Shown here in pieces: positions 27,344 to 34,910 of a stretch of 64,000 nucleotides of DNA (position 1 is the stretch's first letter; each line of letters starts with the position of its first letter). Position numbers and translations under genes: made by a program. Below the pieces are notes generated by a model that worked only from the letters and a program-made list of their open reading frames with translations, was not told the DNA's origin and searched no databases. Source of the DNA: Lysobacterales bacterium (lineage in GTDB: Bacteria > Pseudomonadota > Gammaproteobacteria > Xanthomonadales > Xanthomonadaceae). Where the stretch lies: NCBI GenBank assembly GCA_031364125.1, contig JANLVT010000045.1, positions 5,082 through 69,081 on the forward strand, written 5' to 3'.

Positions 27344-29166
27344 GCCTCCATCGTCCGCGCATGCCCGACATGCATGCCCACGGGAAGACAGGGATCGGTC
27401 GCCGCCACGTACTGCAGCGCGATGGGCGCTTCGATCGCAGACGCCGATGGTGGATCGTCGCCATCGCCGGCCTCCCGCGGCAAGGCGACACGCCGCAGTT
27501 CCGAGAGCGGCCAGATCATTTGGCGATCCGTCAGCTGTCCGAGTTGAAAGGCGCTCAGGGTTTCGCCCAAGGCCTCGAAAATGACGGACTGGAGATCGGG
27601 GGCGACGGCCACCGCGGTCCAATCCCCGATGTTCGCCCAAGCGATACAGGCGCCAGACTCCGCCGACCCCGATGTCCAAAGGATGGGCAGGCTGCCCGAA
27701 TACAGGCGGATCAGTCGGGCGAGCACCTGCACATCGGGACTGTCGGCGGTCGTGATCGCGCGCGCCTGCGGAGGACGATCGAGGAGAAAATCCGGCAGCG
27801 TCGCGCGTGCGTACGACATGGCCCGGGCGCGCGACGTTTCCTGCGATGCGGATGCGATCAAAAGCGAGACGCCCGGCGCAGCGACGTGTCCCGTGTTGCC
27901 CGCCACGAGTGTTGCGAAGGCCTGCGCCATCAAGCGCTGTTCGGCACCGGCAGGATCCAGGCCCCAGTCGTAAAGCGTTTGCTGGCGCGCCTCGCCTTCA
28001 GGAGAGGCATATGACAGCGCGACCGCCCTGTGCGCGAGAGGATATTCGGGGCCCGGCACCGTCGCATCGCTGAACAGGCCGGCGGCGGGGTCGAAGAAGC
28101 GGGTCAACAATGGATCCGTGGGGGCGACCACAGGTTCATCCGGGACATCGTTGACCAGCGATCGGCCACTGGCCAGGAAAACCCCGCTGTCGTGGCTGCT
28201 GACCGAACCGTCATTGCGCACCACGCGGAATTGCGTCTCGCGCCTCGCGCTTTCCCCGGGATCGTCGGACCATGCCGCGATGCGCTCCTGCATGGCCTCG
28301 AAGGCAAGCAGGGAAGCGAGTACGCGCACTGCCGCTTTGGTGAACGGTTGGGCTTGGCCGCCCACCCGCGTGGTCAAGGCTTGCCATGGCGCCAAGCCGT
28401 TCCGGCAATCCGGACCGACAATGCCGATGTCGCCGAAAACAGCGCCGATCATCGTGACCTCGTGCCTGCTCGCCAGCGCCTCGATCCTGCTCAGGACGTC
28501 TTCGTCCGGCGGTTCGGCGCCGAGATACAGCAGCAGCGATCTCGGCTCGCGCTGTTGGCGTATCGCGGCCGCAAAGCTCAGCACCTCGCATGCCGATGGC
28601 AATCCAAGCGGCGGGTATGTTCCGTTGCTGTGCGGCGGGCCTTGGAGATTCCCCGGATCGATCGTCTGCGCATCGCGGAGCGTTGAATCGACCGTCTCCG
28701 AATCGATGATCGCGACATGGCCGGCCGCCGCCGATACGATCGCGCGGGCCAAGGCAGGAACGAGTTCCCGCGAACCCATCAGGGTGATTCGCGCCTGCGA
28801 CCATTCCTCGAAGCACTCGCGCCACCGTGAGGTCGCGTCTCTGAAGAAATGCAGGGTCGAGGCATGGAGATGCTCTTCCGGAATGGCTTCGGGCGGACCG
28901 CTGGTCAACATCCGTTGGCGGACGAGATGATCCAGAAGCTGGTCCAGAAGCGGCATCACTTTTTCCGGGAGCGCTGAACGGATCTCGTCGAGCGGGCGCG
29001 ACCCATCGAGGCTGTCGAGGATGCGCGACACGATCGGGAAGAGTTTCTCGCCGCGGACGAAGAAGCTGCGCTCGCCGAGCTCGACGTAAGTGCCGGCTTC
29101 GACCTGCGCGTGGAGCACGCCCGACTTGAGCATGGGGGCATCGATGAGTGACGAGGTTAGCGACAT
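27340..29166 (-). CDS. ocin-ThiF-like thiazole-bacteriocin maturation protein with N-terminal RRE (PqqD-like) leader-binding domain
   Basis: 608 aa. The N-terminus GERSFFVRGEKLFPIVSRILDSLDGSRPLDEIRSALPEKVMPLLDQLLDHLVRQRML fits the RiPP recognition element pattern (..L.G...l..ll..LdG.r.l.ei). Size and position (immediately upstream of YcaO, ATGA-coupled) match the TclI-like partner protein. Confidence 0.65.
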   Translation of the reverse strand: MSLTSSLIDAPMLKSGVLHAQVEAGTYVELGERSFFVRGEKLFPIVSRILDSLDGSRPLDEIRSALPEKVMPLLDQLLDHLVRQRMLTSGPPEAIPEEHLHASTLHFFRDATSRWRECFEEWSQARITLMGSRELVPALARAIVSAAAGHVAIIDSETVDSTLRDAQTIDPGNLQGPPHSNGTYPPLGLPSACEVLSFAAAIRQQREPRSLLLYLGAEPPDEDVLSRIEALASRHEVTMIGAVFGDIGIVGPDCRNGLAPWQALTTRVGGQAQPFTKAAVRVLASLLAFEAMQERIAAWSDDPGESARRETQFRVVRNDGSVSSHDSGVFLASGRSLVNDVPDEPVVAPTDPLLTRFFDPAAGLFSDATVPGPEYPLAHRAVALSYASPEGEARQQTLYDWGLDPAGAEQRLMAQAFATLVAGNTGHVAAPGVSLLIASASQETSRARAMSYARATLPDFLLDRPPQARAITTADSPDVQVLARLIRLYSGSLPILWTSGSAESGACIAWANIGDWTAVAVAPDLQSVIFEALGETLSAFQLGQLTDRQMIWPLSELRRVALPREAGDGDDPPSASAIEAPIALQYVAATDPCLPVGMHVGHARTMEA

Positions 29167-30221
29167 AACGCTGCGCCGTGTGAGTACGATCTTGAGAGGA
29201 TGCCCGGAAAATGCGCTTCGAGCATGTCGGTGACGAGATGACAGACGAGGAACCGTTGACTCGCCCCGAAACCGATCGCCGGAAACATGTCGTACAGAGA
29301 GTTCATCAACATGCGATAGGCGAACTGTGTCGGATGATCCATGGCTGCGATCGTCTGGGTGTCGATGCTGTTCATCGTGCCCATCCCCGCCTTGAAGGGG
29401 GCCATGACCTGTGCGTTGACGTTCCTGACGAAATCAGGCTCGGCCGTGTCCAGGAACCGGAGCAGCTGTTCGTATGCGATCTGCAGACGGCAGATCCATG
29501 CGTAACTGTGTGCGGATGCCGCCATTGCGCCGTCGAGCATGCCCTCTTGCCTCACCCGCGCGAGGAGCGCCGGCTGCAATACCGCCAGCCGCGCGGGAAA
29601 TGTCTTGGTGATGCTCGATAAAGCCTTGCTGCTGGCATGCGCCTGTCCCTGCAGCGACAGCGGCCAGAAATTCAATCCATCCCGCCATGCGAGCCGCTCG
29701 AGACAGACGATCCGGAAGGCCAGTTCGACCAGCGCCTCCGATGGCGATCGCAGCCGCAGCTCGACCAGCTCGAAGACGTCTTCGAGGGTCGCCGCCTTGA
29801 AAGCATCCCTCAACGGCGCGAGCGCCATTCGACCTAACGGGTGAGGAACGGCGAAACGGCCGCGTTCGACGCGCCTGTCCGGCCTGATCGAACCCGGCTC
29901 GTAGGGCAAGTCCTCGAGTTCGGCCAGCTTTTTCGCACGCGCGCGGAAAGCAGCCTCGTCCAAGTGCGGTCGCGGCGGCTCATCGTCCAGCCAGCGCTGC
30001 ACGACATCGGCGACGATCGTCCATCGATCCGGGCCATCGTCCGAAGGAATATCCAGCCCGATCAGGAGATGCGGGCCGTCGAGCCAGTGCGGCCGAAGCG
30101 TCGCGCCGATGCCGCCCTCGCGCCATCCGATCACGTGCAGCGCTGGCCGGATCCCATCGAGGATGAGCTGACCGTGGTCCGTCGCGTGATGATTGACGCG
30201 CAGGCCGTACACCATGGTCAT
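29157..30221 (-). CDS. divergent SpaB_C-like protein (candidate second thiopeptide elimination / [4+2] cyclase enzyme)
   Basis: About 354 aa. Start MTMVYGLRV overlaps the LanB stop (ATGA at 30218-30221). ..LILDGIRPALHVIGWREGG..ATLRPHWLDGPHLLIGLD.. parallels the ..FFIRY.dGGPHLRLR.. core of the SpaB_C fold, but it is much more divergent than the 22947-23945 protein. The track ORF (to 30695) is over-extended. Confidence 0.5.
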   Translation of the reverse strand: MTMVYGLRVNHHATDHGQLILDGIRPALHVIGWREGGIGATLRPHWLDGPHLLIGLDIPSDDGPDRWTIVADVVQRWLDDEPPRPHLDEAAFRARAKKLAELEDLPYEPGSIRPDRRVERGRFAVPHPLGRMALAPLRDAFKAATLEDVFELVELRLRSPSEALVELAFRIVCLERLAWRDGLNFWPLSLQGQAHASSKALSSITKTFPARLAVLQPALLARVRQEGMLDGAMAASAHSYAWICRLQIAYEQLLRFLDTAEPDFVRNVNAQVMAPFKAGMGTMNSIDTQTIAAMDHPTQFAYRMLMNSLYDMFPAIGFGASQRFLVCHLVTDMLEAHFPGILSRSYSHGAALCR

Positions 30222-32878
30222 GCGAGTTCCTTGAGCGTCAGCTCGATCCCGAACTCGCCCACCACCGCATGCCCGCCCTGCTCGAAGCAGGTCTGGGTGG
30301 GGTCGGGCAGCGCTTCGGCGAACACCACGTCCAGATCGCCGACGGCGAGGTTCTTCTGGAAGATGCGAACGGCCATGGGGCACGCCGTGTCGAGCGGCAT
30401 GGGTTTCGCATCCTTGCCGGGCAGGGATCTCCAATCCGGCGAATGCATGCCCTCGCCGCGATGCAGGGCGGGAATCGCCGTCCGTTTGCTGAACATCCAG
30501 CGCGGCAGATCGTTGCTGTCGGCCCACGCTGCGAACTGCTCGAAAAAAACGAATTCGTCCAGGGCGGGATCGGGCAGGTCGGCTTTTCTGATTGCCAGCG
30601 AACGGCGGACGAGAACGATGTCGCCCAGGCGCACGCGGGGAATCCTGATGGCGCCGCGGGCGTCCGGCGCGAGAAAATGCGCGAATTGATCGCATAGATC
30701 ATCGACGCGGTCGGAACTGAAGCACAGCGTGCGCACGACCTGATGGCTGCGGGGCATCAACAGCGGCGTCAGGATTCCGGGATAGAAGACGTTCACCACC
30801 TGCCCGTGCTCATCTTCGAAGACCAGATCATCGCGATCGGCGCGATGCCTCAGGCGCAGGGCGTCGAGCGATTTGGCCGTGGCTCTCGATGACACGAAAG
30901 GCGGAATGTCGACGACCTCATCCGACAGAATCGGATGCAGGTTGGCGTTGAAACCGAAGATGCCGCCCAGTTCCACGAATGCGCCGTCTTCCGAAATGTC
31001 CCGGAGATAATTGCTGACCTTGTCCTTGGCGATCTTGTCGTCCGGGATGAATCTCGAAAACATGCAGGATGCGCCAGGGTAGATGTGGTTGATCGCCAAC
31101 CATGGGCCCTCCGGCGTGGCGACAGGCTGCATGAAGAGCATCTTCGATACATCCGGCCGCGGACCCTCTGTTTTCACATGCCGCGAGTACCTGTCCAAGT
31201 GCCCGCCCTCCAGTACGATCTCGCGACTCGTCTTCGCCAGTCCGGCCAGGCGCATGAACATTTTTCTGCGCAGGCGCGCAAGCGCGCGATCCGTGTCTTC
31301 GGATCCGCGCCGCAGACGTTCGGAGTCGCCCGCATGCTGTCCGCTGTCTCCGAAGTGAGCGTCGAATGTATCGGCGCAGGTCTCGATGAAGTCGCGTACG
31401 TCCCGGCAGACGCCACCGCTGCCGTAGCGCTCCCGGAATCTTCGGCAGATCAGTCTTCGGAATCGGCTCAGCGGCGCATTGCCGGTCAGGATCGGAATGA
31501 TCCGCAGCAACGCGACCAGTTCCGGTTCGTATCGGTCCAGGAACTTGCGCGGCAGGCCGAAAGCAGGCGCGGGCAGCGAACAATCTTCGAAAAGGATCGG
31601 CCGGAAGCGTTCGACTGCGATGGAGATGCCGGCGATCGACAGGATCGTCTGGAAATGCCCTTCGACTGTCGCGGTGAACTGGTGATCGAACCGATCGGGC
31701 GACGCGATCGCGGCCATGAACTGCTGCAGCGCCGAAGACATCGCATCGCGCAGAGGTTGCTTCAGGCATGCACAGGCCGTGCTTGCCCAATCGACCGAGT
31801 CCGATCCGGACGCCAGGTCCGGCCGGATAAGCCCGTGCTGCCAAGCGGTGGAAAGCAATTCGTCGGCGCGCGCCGCATCGCCGCCGACCGCCGGTAGAAG
31901 CGCTTCCCGCAGGCGGTACAACGCCAGCGCGCGTCGGGGGCCGGGCGTGTCGAAGATTTTCGACAGCAGTTTTACCAGTGCCGCCCGGCTGCTGTTTTTG
32001 GCGACCCGCGTGCCGCGTGTGCGGGATTCGGGCGGCTCATCGTTCTTGATCCTGCTCCAGGTGTAGTGTCCGTCCTCGGCACGCACACTGGCGTTGAGGA
32101 TCACGAGCGTGCGGTCATCGATGCGTTCGATACTGTTCAACAGTTCGAGAAAAACGTAATCCAGCGCGGCGAAGCGCGGCTGCAGTCTGCGTTCAACCAT
32201 GGTCGTCAAGGCGAAGGCGTTGCCGTCGCCAAACGCTTCCGGCGCCGTATCGTTCCAGCAGCCAAGGGCGACCAGGCCGAATGAGGAGAGCGGGCTGGTC
32301 TTCTGGCCCGACCTCAGAATGTATCGCCCCAAGCTGGTGCAAAGCTGGGCGCGCTGCTTGTTGGGAAACTGTCGCCCCGACAGAAGCTGGAGAACCCTCG
32401 CATGCACTGGCGGATTCGTCAGCGCCAGCGCATGGATCAGGGCGTGCTCCGAAAACAGACGCAGGGCAATATCGTAGGCCTGCTCGACTTCGCCCGCGTA
32501 AGTCGACGCACAGTTCGCCTCCAGACCGGAGATCGCCCGCAGCGAATCGATCAGCGTGCCGACGGCCTCATCGCATTCTCGCGGCAAATGCGGACGGACC
32601 CGCTCCGCCAACGCCTGGGCTGGCAGTCGTTCGTTGAACAGATCGCGCTTGAGTTGGATCAGCACACGCGCGATCGCGGGGTCACGGCCGTAGAGCGTCG
32701 AAACCTCGGCGGCCAAGGCATCGCACAGGATCGCCTTGCTTGTCGAAAATGCCTCGCGCAGCGAGCGCAAGGCCCGGATTTGACCAATGGTACGGCCGGA
32801 CGCGAACGATGTTTCTGCGATCGGAACGCCACCCAGGCGAGCGACCACGAAAGGGTGGGGAACCAGGATGTGGTTCAA
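30218..32878 (-). CDS. lanthipeptide/thiopeptide dehydratase, LanB N-terminal (glutamylation) type
   Basis: 886 aa. The N-terminus ..PFVVARLGGVPI... and ..ILRSGQKTSPLSSFGLVALGCW.. fit Lant_dehydr_N patterns (f.lvRtP.lp; ..TPf.lFa.v..G). No fused C-terminal elimination domain, i.e. the split thiopeptide-type architecture. The apparent start is TTG at 32878, with no in-frame ATG upstream. Confidence 0.85.
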   Translation of the reverse strand: MNHILVPHPFVVARLGGVPIAETSFASGRTIGQIRALRSLREAFSTSKAILCDALAAEVSTLYGRDPAIARVLIQLKRDLFNERLPAQALAERVRPHLPRECDEAVGTLIDSLRAISGLEANCASTYAGEVEQAYDIALRLFSEHALIHALALTNPPVHARVLQLLSGRQFPNKQRAQLCTSLGRYILRSGQKTSPLSSFGLVALGCWNDTAPEAFGDGNAFALTTMVERRLQPRFAALDYVFLELLNSIERIDDRTLVILNASVRAEDGHYTWSRIKNDEPPESRTRGTRVAKNSSRAALVKLLSKIFDTPGPRRALALYRLREALLPAVGGDAARADELLSTAWQHGLIRPDLASGSDSVDWASTACACLKQPLRDAMSSALQQFMAAIASPDRFDHQFTATVEGHFQTILSIAGISIAVERFRPILFEDCSLPAPAFGLPRKFLDRYEPELVALLRIIPILTGNAPLSRFRRLICRRFRERYGSGGVCRDVRDFIETCADTFDAHFGDSGQHAGDSERLRRGSEDTDRALARLRRKMFMRLAGLAKTSREIVLEGGHLDRYSRHVKTEGPRPDVSKMLFMQPVATPEGPWLAINHIYPGASCMFSRFIPDDKIAKDKVSNYLRDISEDGAFVELGGIFGFNANLHPILSDEVVDIPPFVSSRATAKSLDALRLRHRADRDDLVFEDEHGQVVNVFYPGILTPLLMPRSHQVVRTLCFSSDRVDDLCDQFAHFLAPDARGAIRIPRVRLGDIVLVRRSLAIRKADLPDPALDEFVFFEQFAAWADSNDLPRWMFSKRTAIPALHRGEGMHSPDWRSLPGKDAKPMPLDTACPMAVRIFQKNLAVGDLDVVFAEALPDPTQTCFEQGGHAVVGEFGIELTLKELA

Positions 32879-32900
32879 TGTTCATCTCATGGTGCGCGCG

Positions 32901-32928
32901 AAAAACCACCCGTGGTAGGCACGAGTGG
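32901..32928 (-). terminator. intrinsic terminator/attenuator hairpin between precursor gene and lanB-like gene
   Basis: The minus-strand RNA reads CCACUCGUG-ccuac-CACGGGUGG (9-bp stem including one G-U pair) followed by UUUUU. A second, weaker hairpin AUCCGC-N9-GCGGAU plus U6 lies at 32954-32980. Confidence 0.45.
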
Positions 32929-32991
32929 TCTTCGACTGTCGTGGCAAGCAGGCTAAAAAATCCGCCAAGACAGCGCGGATGCCGTCTATGC

Positions 32992-33171
32992 TCAACCGTC
33001 GATCAGGGGCTCTTGAACGCAGCAGCTGCAGCTGCACGAGGCGCAGACGGCGCTGATTCTCGAGGCGCCCATTTCCGGGAACGCGACGGAATCGGAGGAG
33101 TCGAGTACTTCGATATCGAACATGTCGATTTCGGTCAGATCGATGTCGCTGAAATCCAAAGCGTTGTTCAT
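32992..33171 (-). CDS. thiopeptide-type RiPP precursor peptide
   Basis: 59 aa: MNNALDFSDIDLTEIDMFDIEVLDSSDSVAFPEMGA / SRISAVCASCSCSCCVQEPLIDG. The leader is acidic and ends in MGA. The core is Ser/Cys-rich (5 Ser, 5 Cys in 15 residues). A strong RBS AAAAGGAGAGG sits upstream of ATG 33171. The track ORF (to 33249) is over-extended. Confidence 0.8.
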   Translation of the reverse strand: MNNALDFSDIDLTEIDMFDIEVLDSSDSVAFPEMGASRISAVCASCSCSCCVQEPLIDG

Positions 33172-33206
33172 TAACCTCTCCTTTTCCTTGAACGGGTGTT
33201 TATCGG

Positions 33207-33220
33207 TTCCGCGCGCGGAA
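33207..33220. promoter_or_regulatory. 14-bp perfect palindrome upstream of the precursor gene (possible operator or 5'-UTR hairpin)
   Basis: TTCCGCGCGCGGAA, 36-49 nt upstream of the precursor ATG, within the ~240-bp intergenic region that must hold the operon promoter. Confidence 0.2.
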
Positions 33221-33410
33221 TGTAGCACAGTCTTTCTGCGCGAATGCACCCTGCCCGGATGGGCTGGCCGCCATCATGCCGGCCCATCCGAATCCCTGCC
33301 GACGCATGGCGCGCAGCTTCGCATCGACCCGGCTATTCCGATCGTCGCGGTACCGTCGCCACTCGCTCGCCTTGCGCCCGCCGCCCACGGCCGAGCGTCA
33401 TCATCCGCGA

Positions 33411-34835
33411 TTACAGCCTCGCCGCGTCGGCCCGCGCGCGGATTTCTTCCAGCGTCCAATCGCAGATCAGGCGGCCGTTCTCCCACACCGTGACCATCGC
33501 GTCGTCGAAGCCGAGCGGTTTTTCGACCTCGGCCAGCGACGCCGCTTCCGGCGGCACCGGCACGGTGCGGAAGCTGCCGTATTCGCGATGCTGCAGCAGC
33601 GTCATGCGTCCGCGCTTGCTCTGTTTGCCCTTGTCGGTGATCGGATCCTTGAACACGTCGATCCAATGGCCATCGACGCGCGCGGCCGAGCATTTCAGCG
33701 CGAATTTCTGGGTGTCGCGATTGAGCTGCTGCAGCAGCGCGCCGCCCATGCCGAAGGACACGTTGTCGGTGGCGTAACCGGCGCTGGTGACGCGTTCGAG
33801 GATCGCGCGGATGCTGGTGGGGTTGATGCCGTCGCCCTGGATCACGCGCACGTGGTTCAGCACCTTGAAGCCTTTGCTGTTGACGGTGTGTCCGAAGGCC
33901 TCGTCGGCCAGTTCGATGCACTGGTGCACGACCGCGACCGGATCGCCCGAGTCCGGGCGGATCACCACGGTGGCGCCGGAGCGGATCACCTCGTCCTTCA
34001 GGGTCTTGCCCCAGTGTTCGCGGATCGCGTGGTAGATGTCGTAGCTGTCCGACACCACTGCGACGATCGCGCCGGGCTTCGCGAACTGTTTCAGCATGTT
34101 GCGGTAGGCGTCGACTTCGCGGTCGCGGCCCCAGCTGGTGATGGTGCTGTGCTCGGCGGCGGGGATCGAGAACCCGGCCATCGGCGCGTGATAGTAGGCC
34201 TTCGCCGCGAGCAGCCCGGACACGGTGTCGGTGCCGAGGAAATTCACCAGATTCGCGCAGCCGCCGAGCGCCGCGGATTCGGCGCTGGACACGCCGCGCG
34301 CGCCGAAGTCGTGCAGCTTGAACGGCAGCAGCGCGTCGGTGTTGTCGCTGGTGCGTTCGAGGAACTGGCGGAGGGTCTGCTTCACGTGCCAGCTGATGGT
34401 GGCCACCGTGACCGGATACCACAGCCGCAGCAGCAGGGTTTCGATGTACGACGGCACCCAGTACGCCTGCGGGTCGGTCGACTCGATGGTCACCAGCGCC
34501 TGATGGGTCGGCACCACCATGCCTTCGGGCACCGCGCGGATGCGCAGCGGCAGATGGCCGCCGAGGCGATCGACGATATCGCGCCAGCCGGCTTCGTTGA
34601 ACGGCTCGCCGTGCGCGGCGAACAGATCGCGCGCTTCGTCGATGTCGGCGTGGGTCACCGGTTTGGCGAGGTATTCCTTGAGGATCGCCTGCAGCCCGAA
34701 GAACACGGTGCGGTCGTACACGCCGCCGCGCGATTCGATGTAGAAGAACGCCGCGTCGGTGCCGGGCGGATATTGCAGCCAGTGGCTGGCCTTGTAGCTG
34801 TCGGTGTTGAGCAGCAGGTTTTCGAGGATACGCAT
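33411..34835 (-). CDS. nadV: nicotinamide phosphoribosyltransferase (NadV/NAMPT type)
   Basis: About 474 aa. N-terminus MRILENLLLNTDSYKASHWLQYPPGT, ..HDFGARGVSS.., ..VIRPDSGDP... AAGGAG precedes ATG 34835. Confidence 0.88.
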   Translation of the reverse strand: MRILENLLLNTDSYKASHWLQYPPGTDAAFFYIESRGGVYDRTVFFGLQAILKEYLAKPVTHADIDEARDLFAAHGEPFNEAGWRDIVDRLGGHLPLRIRAVPEGMVVPTHQALVTIESTDPQAYWVPSYIETLLLRLWYPVTVATISWHVKQTLRQFLERTSDNTDALLPFKLHDFGARGVSSAESAALGGCANLVNFLGTDTVSGLLAAKAYYHAPMAGFSIPAAEHSTITSWGRDREVDAYRNMLKQFAKPGAIVAVVSDSYDIYHAIREHWGKTLKDEVIRSGATVVIRPDSGDPVAVVHQCIELADEAFGHTVNSKGFKVLNHVRVIQGDGINPTSIRAILERVTSAGYATDNVSFGMGGALLQQLNRDTQKFALKCSAARVDGHWIDVFKDPITDKGKQSKRGRMTLLQHREYGSFRTVPVPPEAASLAEVEKPLGFDDAMVTVWENGRLICDWTLEEIRARADAARL

Positions 34836-34910
34836 GACGGAAGCTCCTTCGCGTCTGGGAAAAACCGGCGGTCTATCCGCCGGATCGGATTGCATCGGGG
34901 AAAAATCGTC

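Noticed and set aside
25469-30695. N-terminal extensions of the YcaO ORF (to 27679), the SpaB_C-like ORF (to 30695) and the precursor ORF (to 33249) as given in the track.
   Set aside because: The extensions overlap the preceding genes by hundreds of nucleotides and have Arg/Gly/Pro-rich shadow-frame composition. Internal ATGs forming ATGA overlaps with the upstream stops, or a strong RBS in the case of the precursor, give the expected family lengths.
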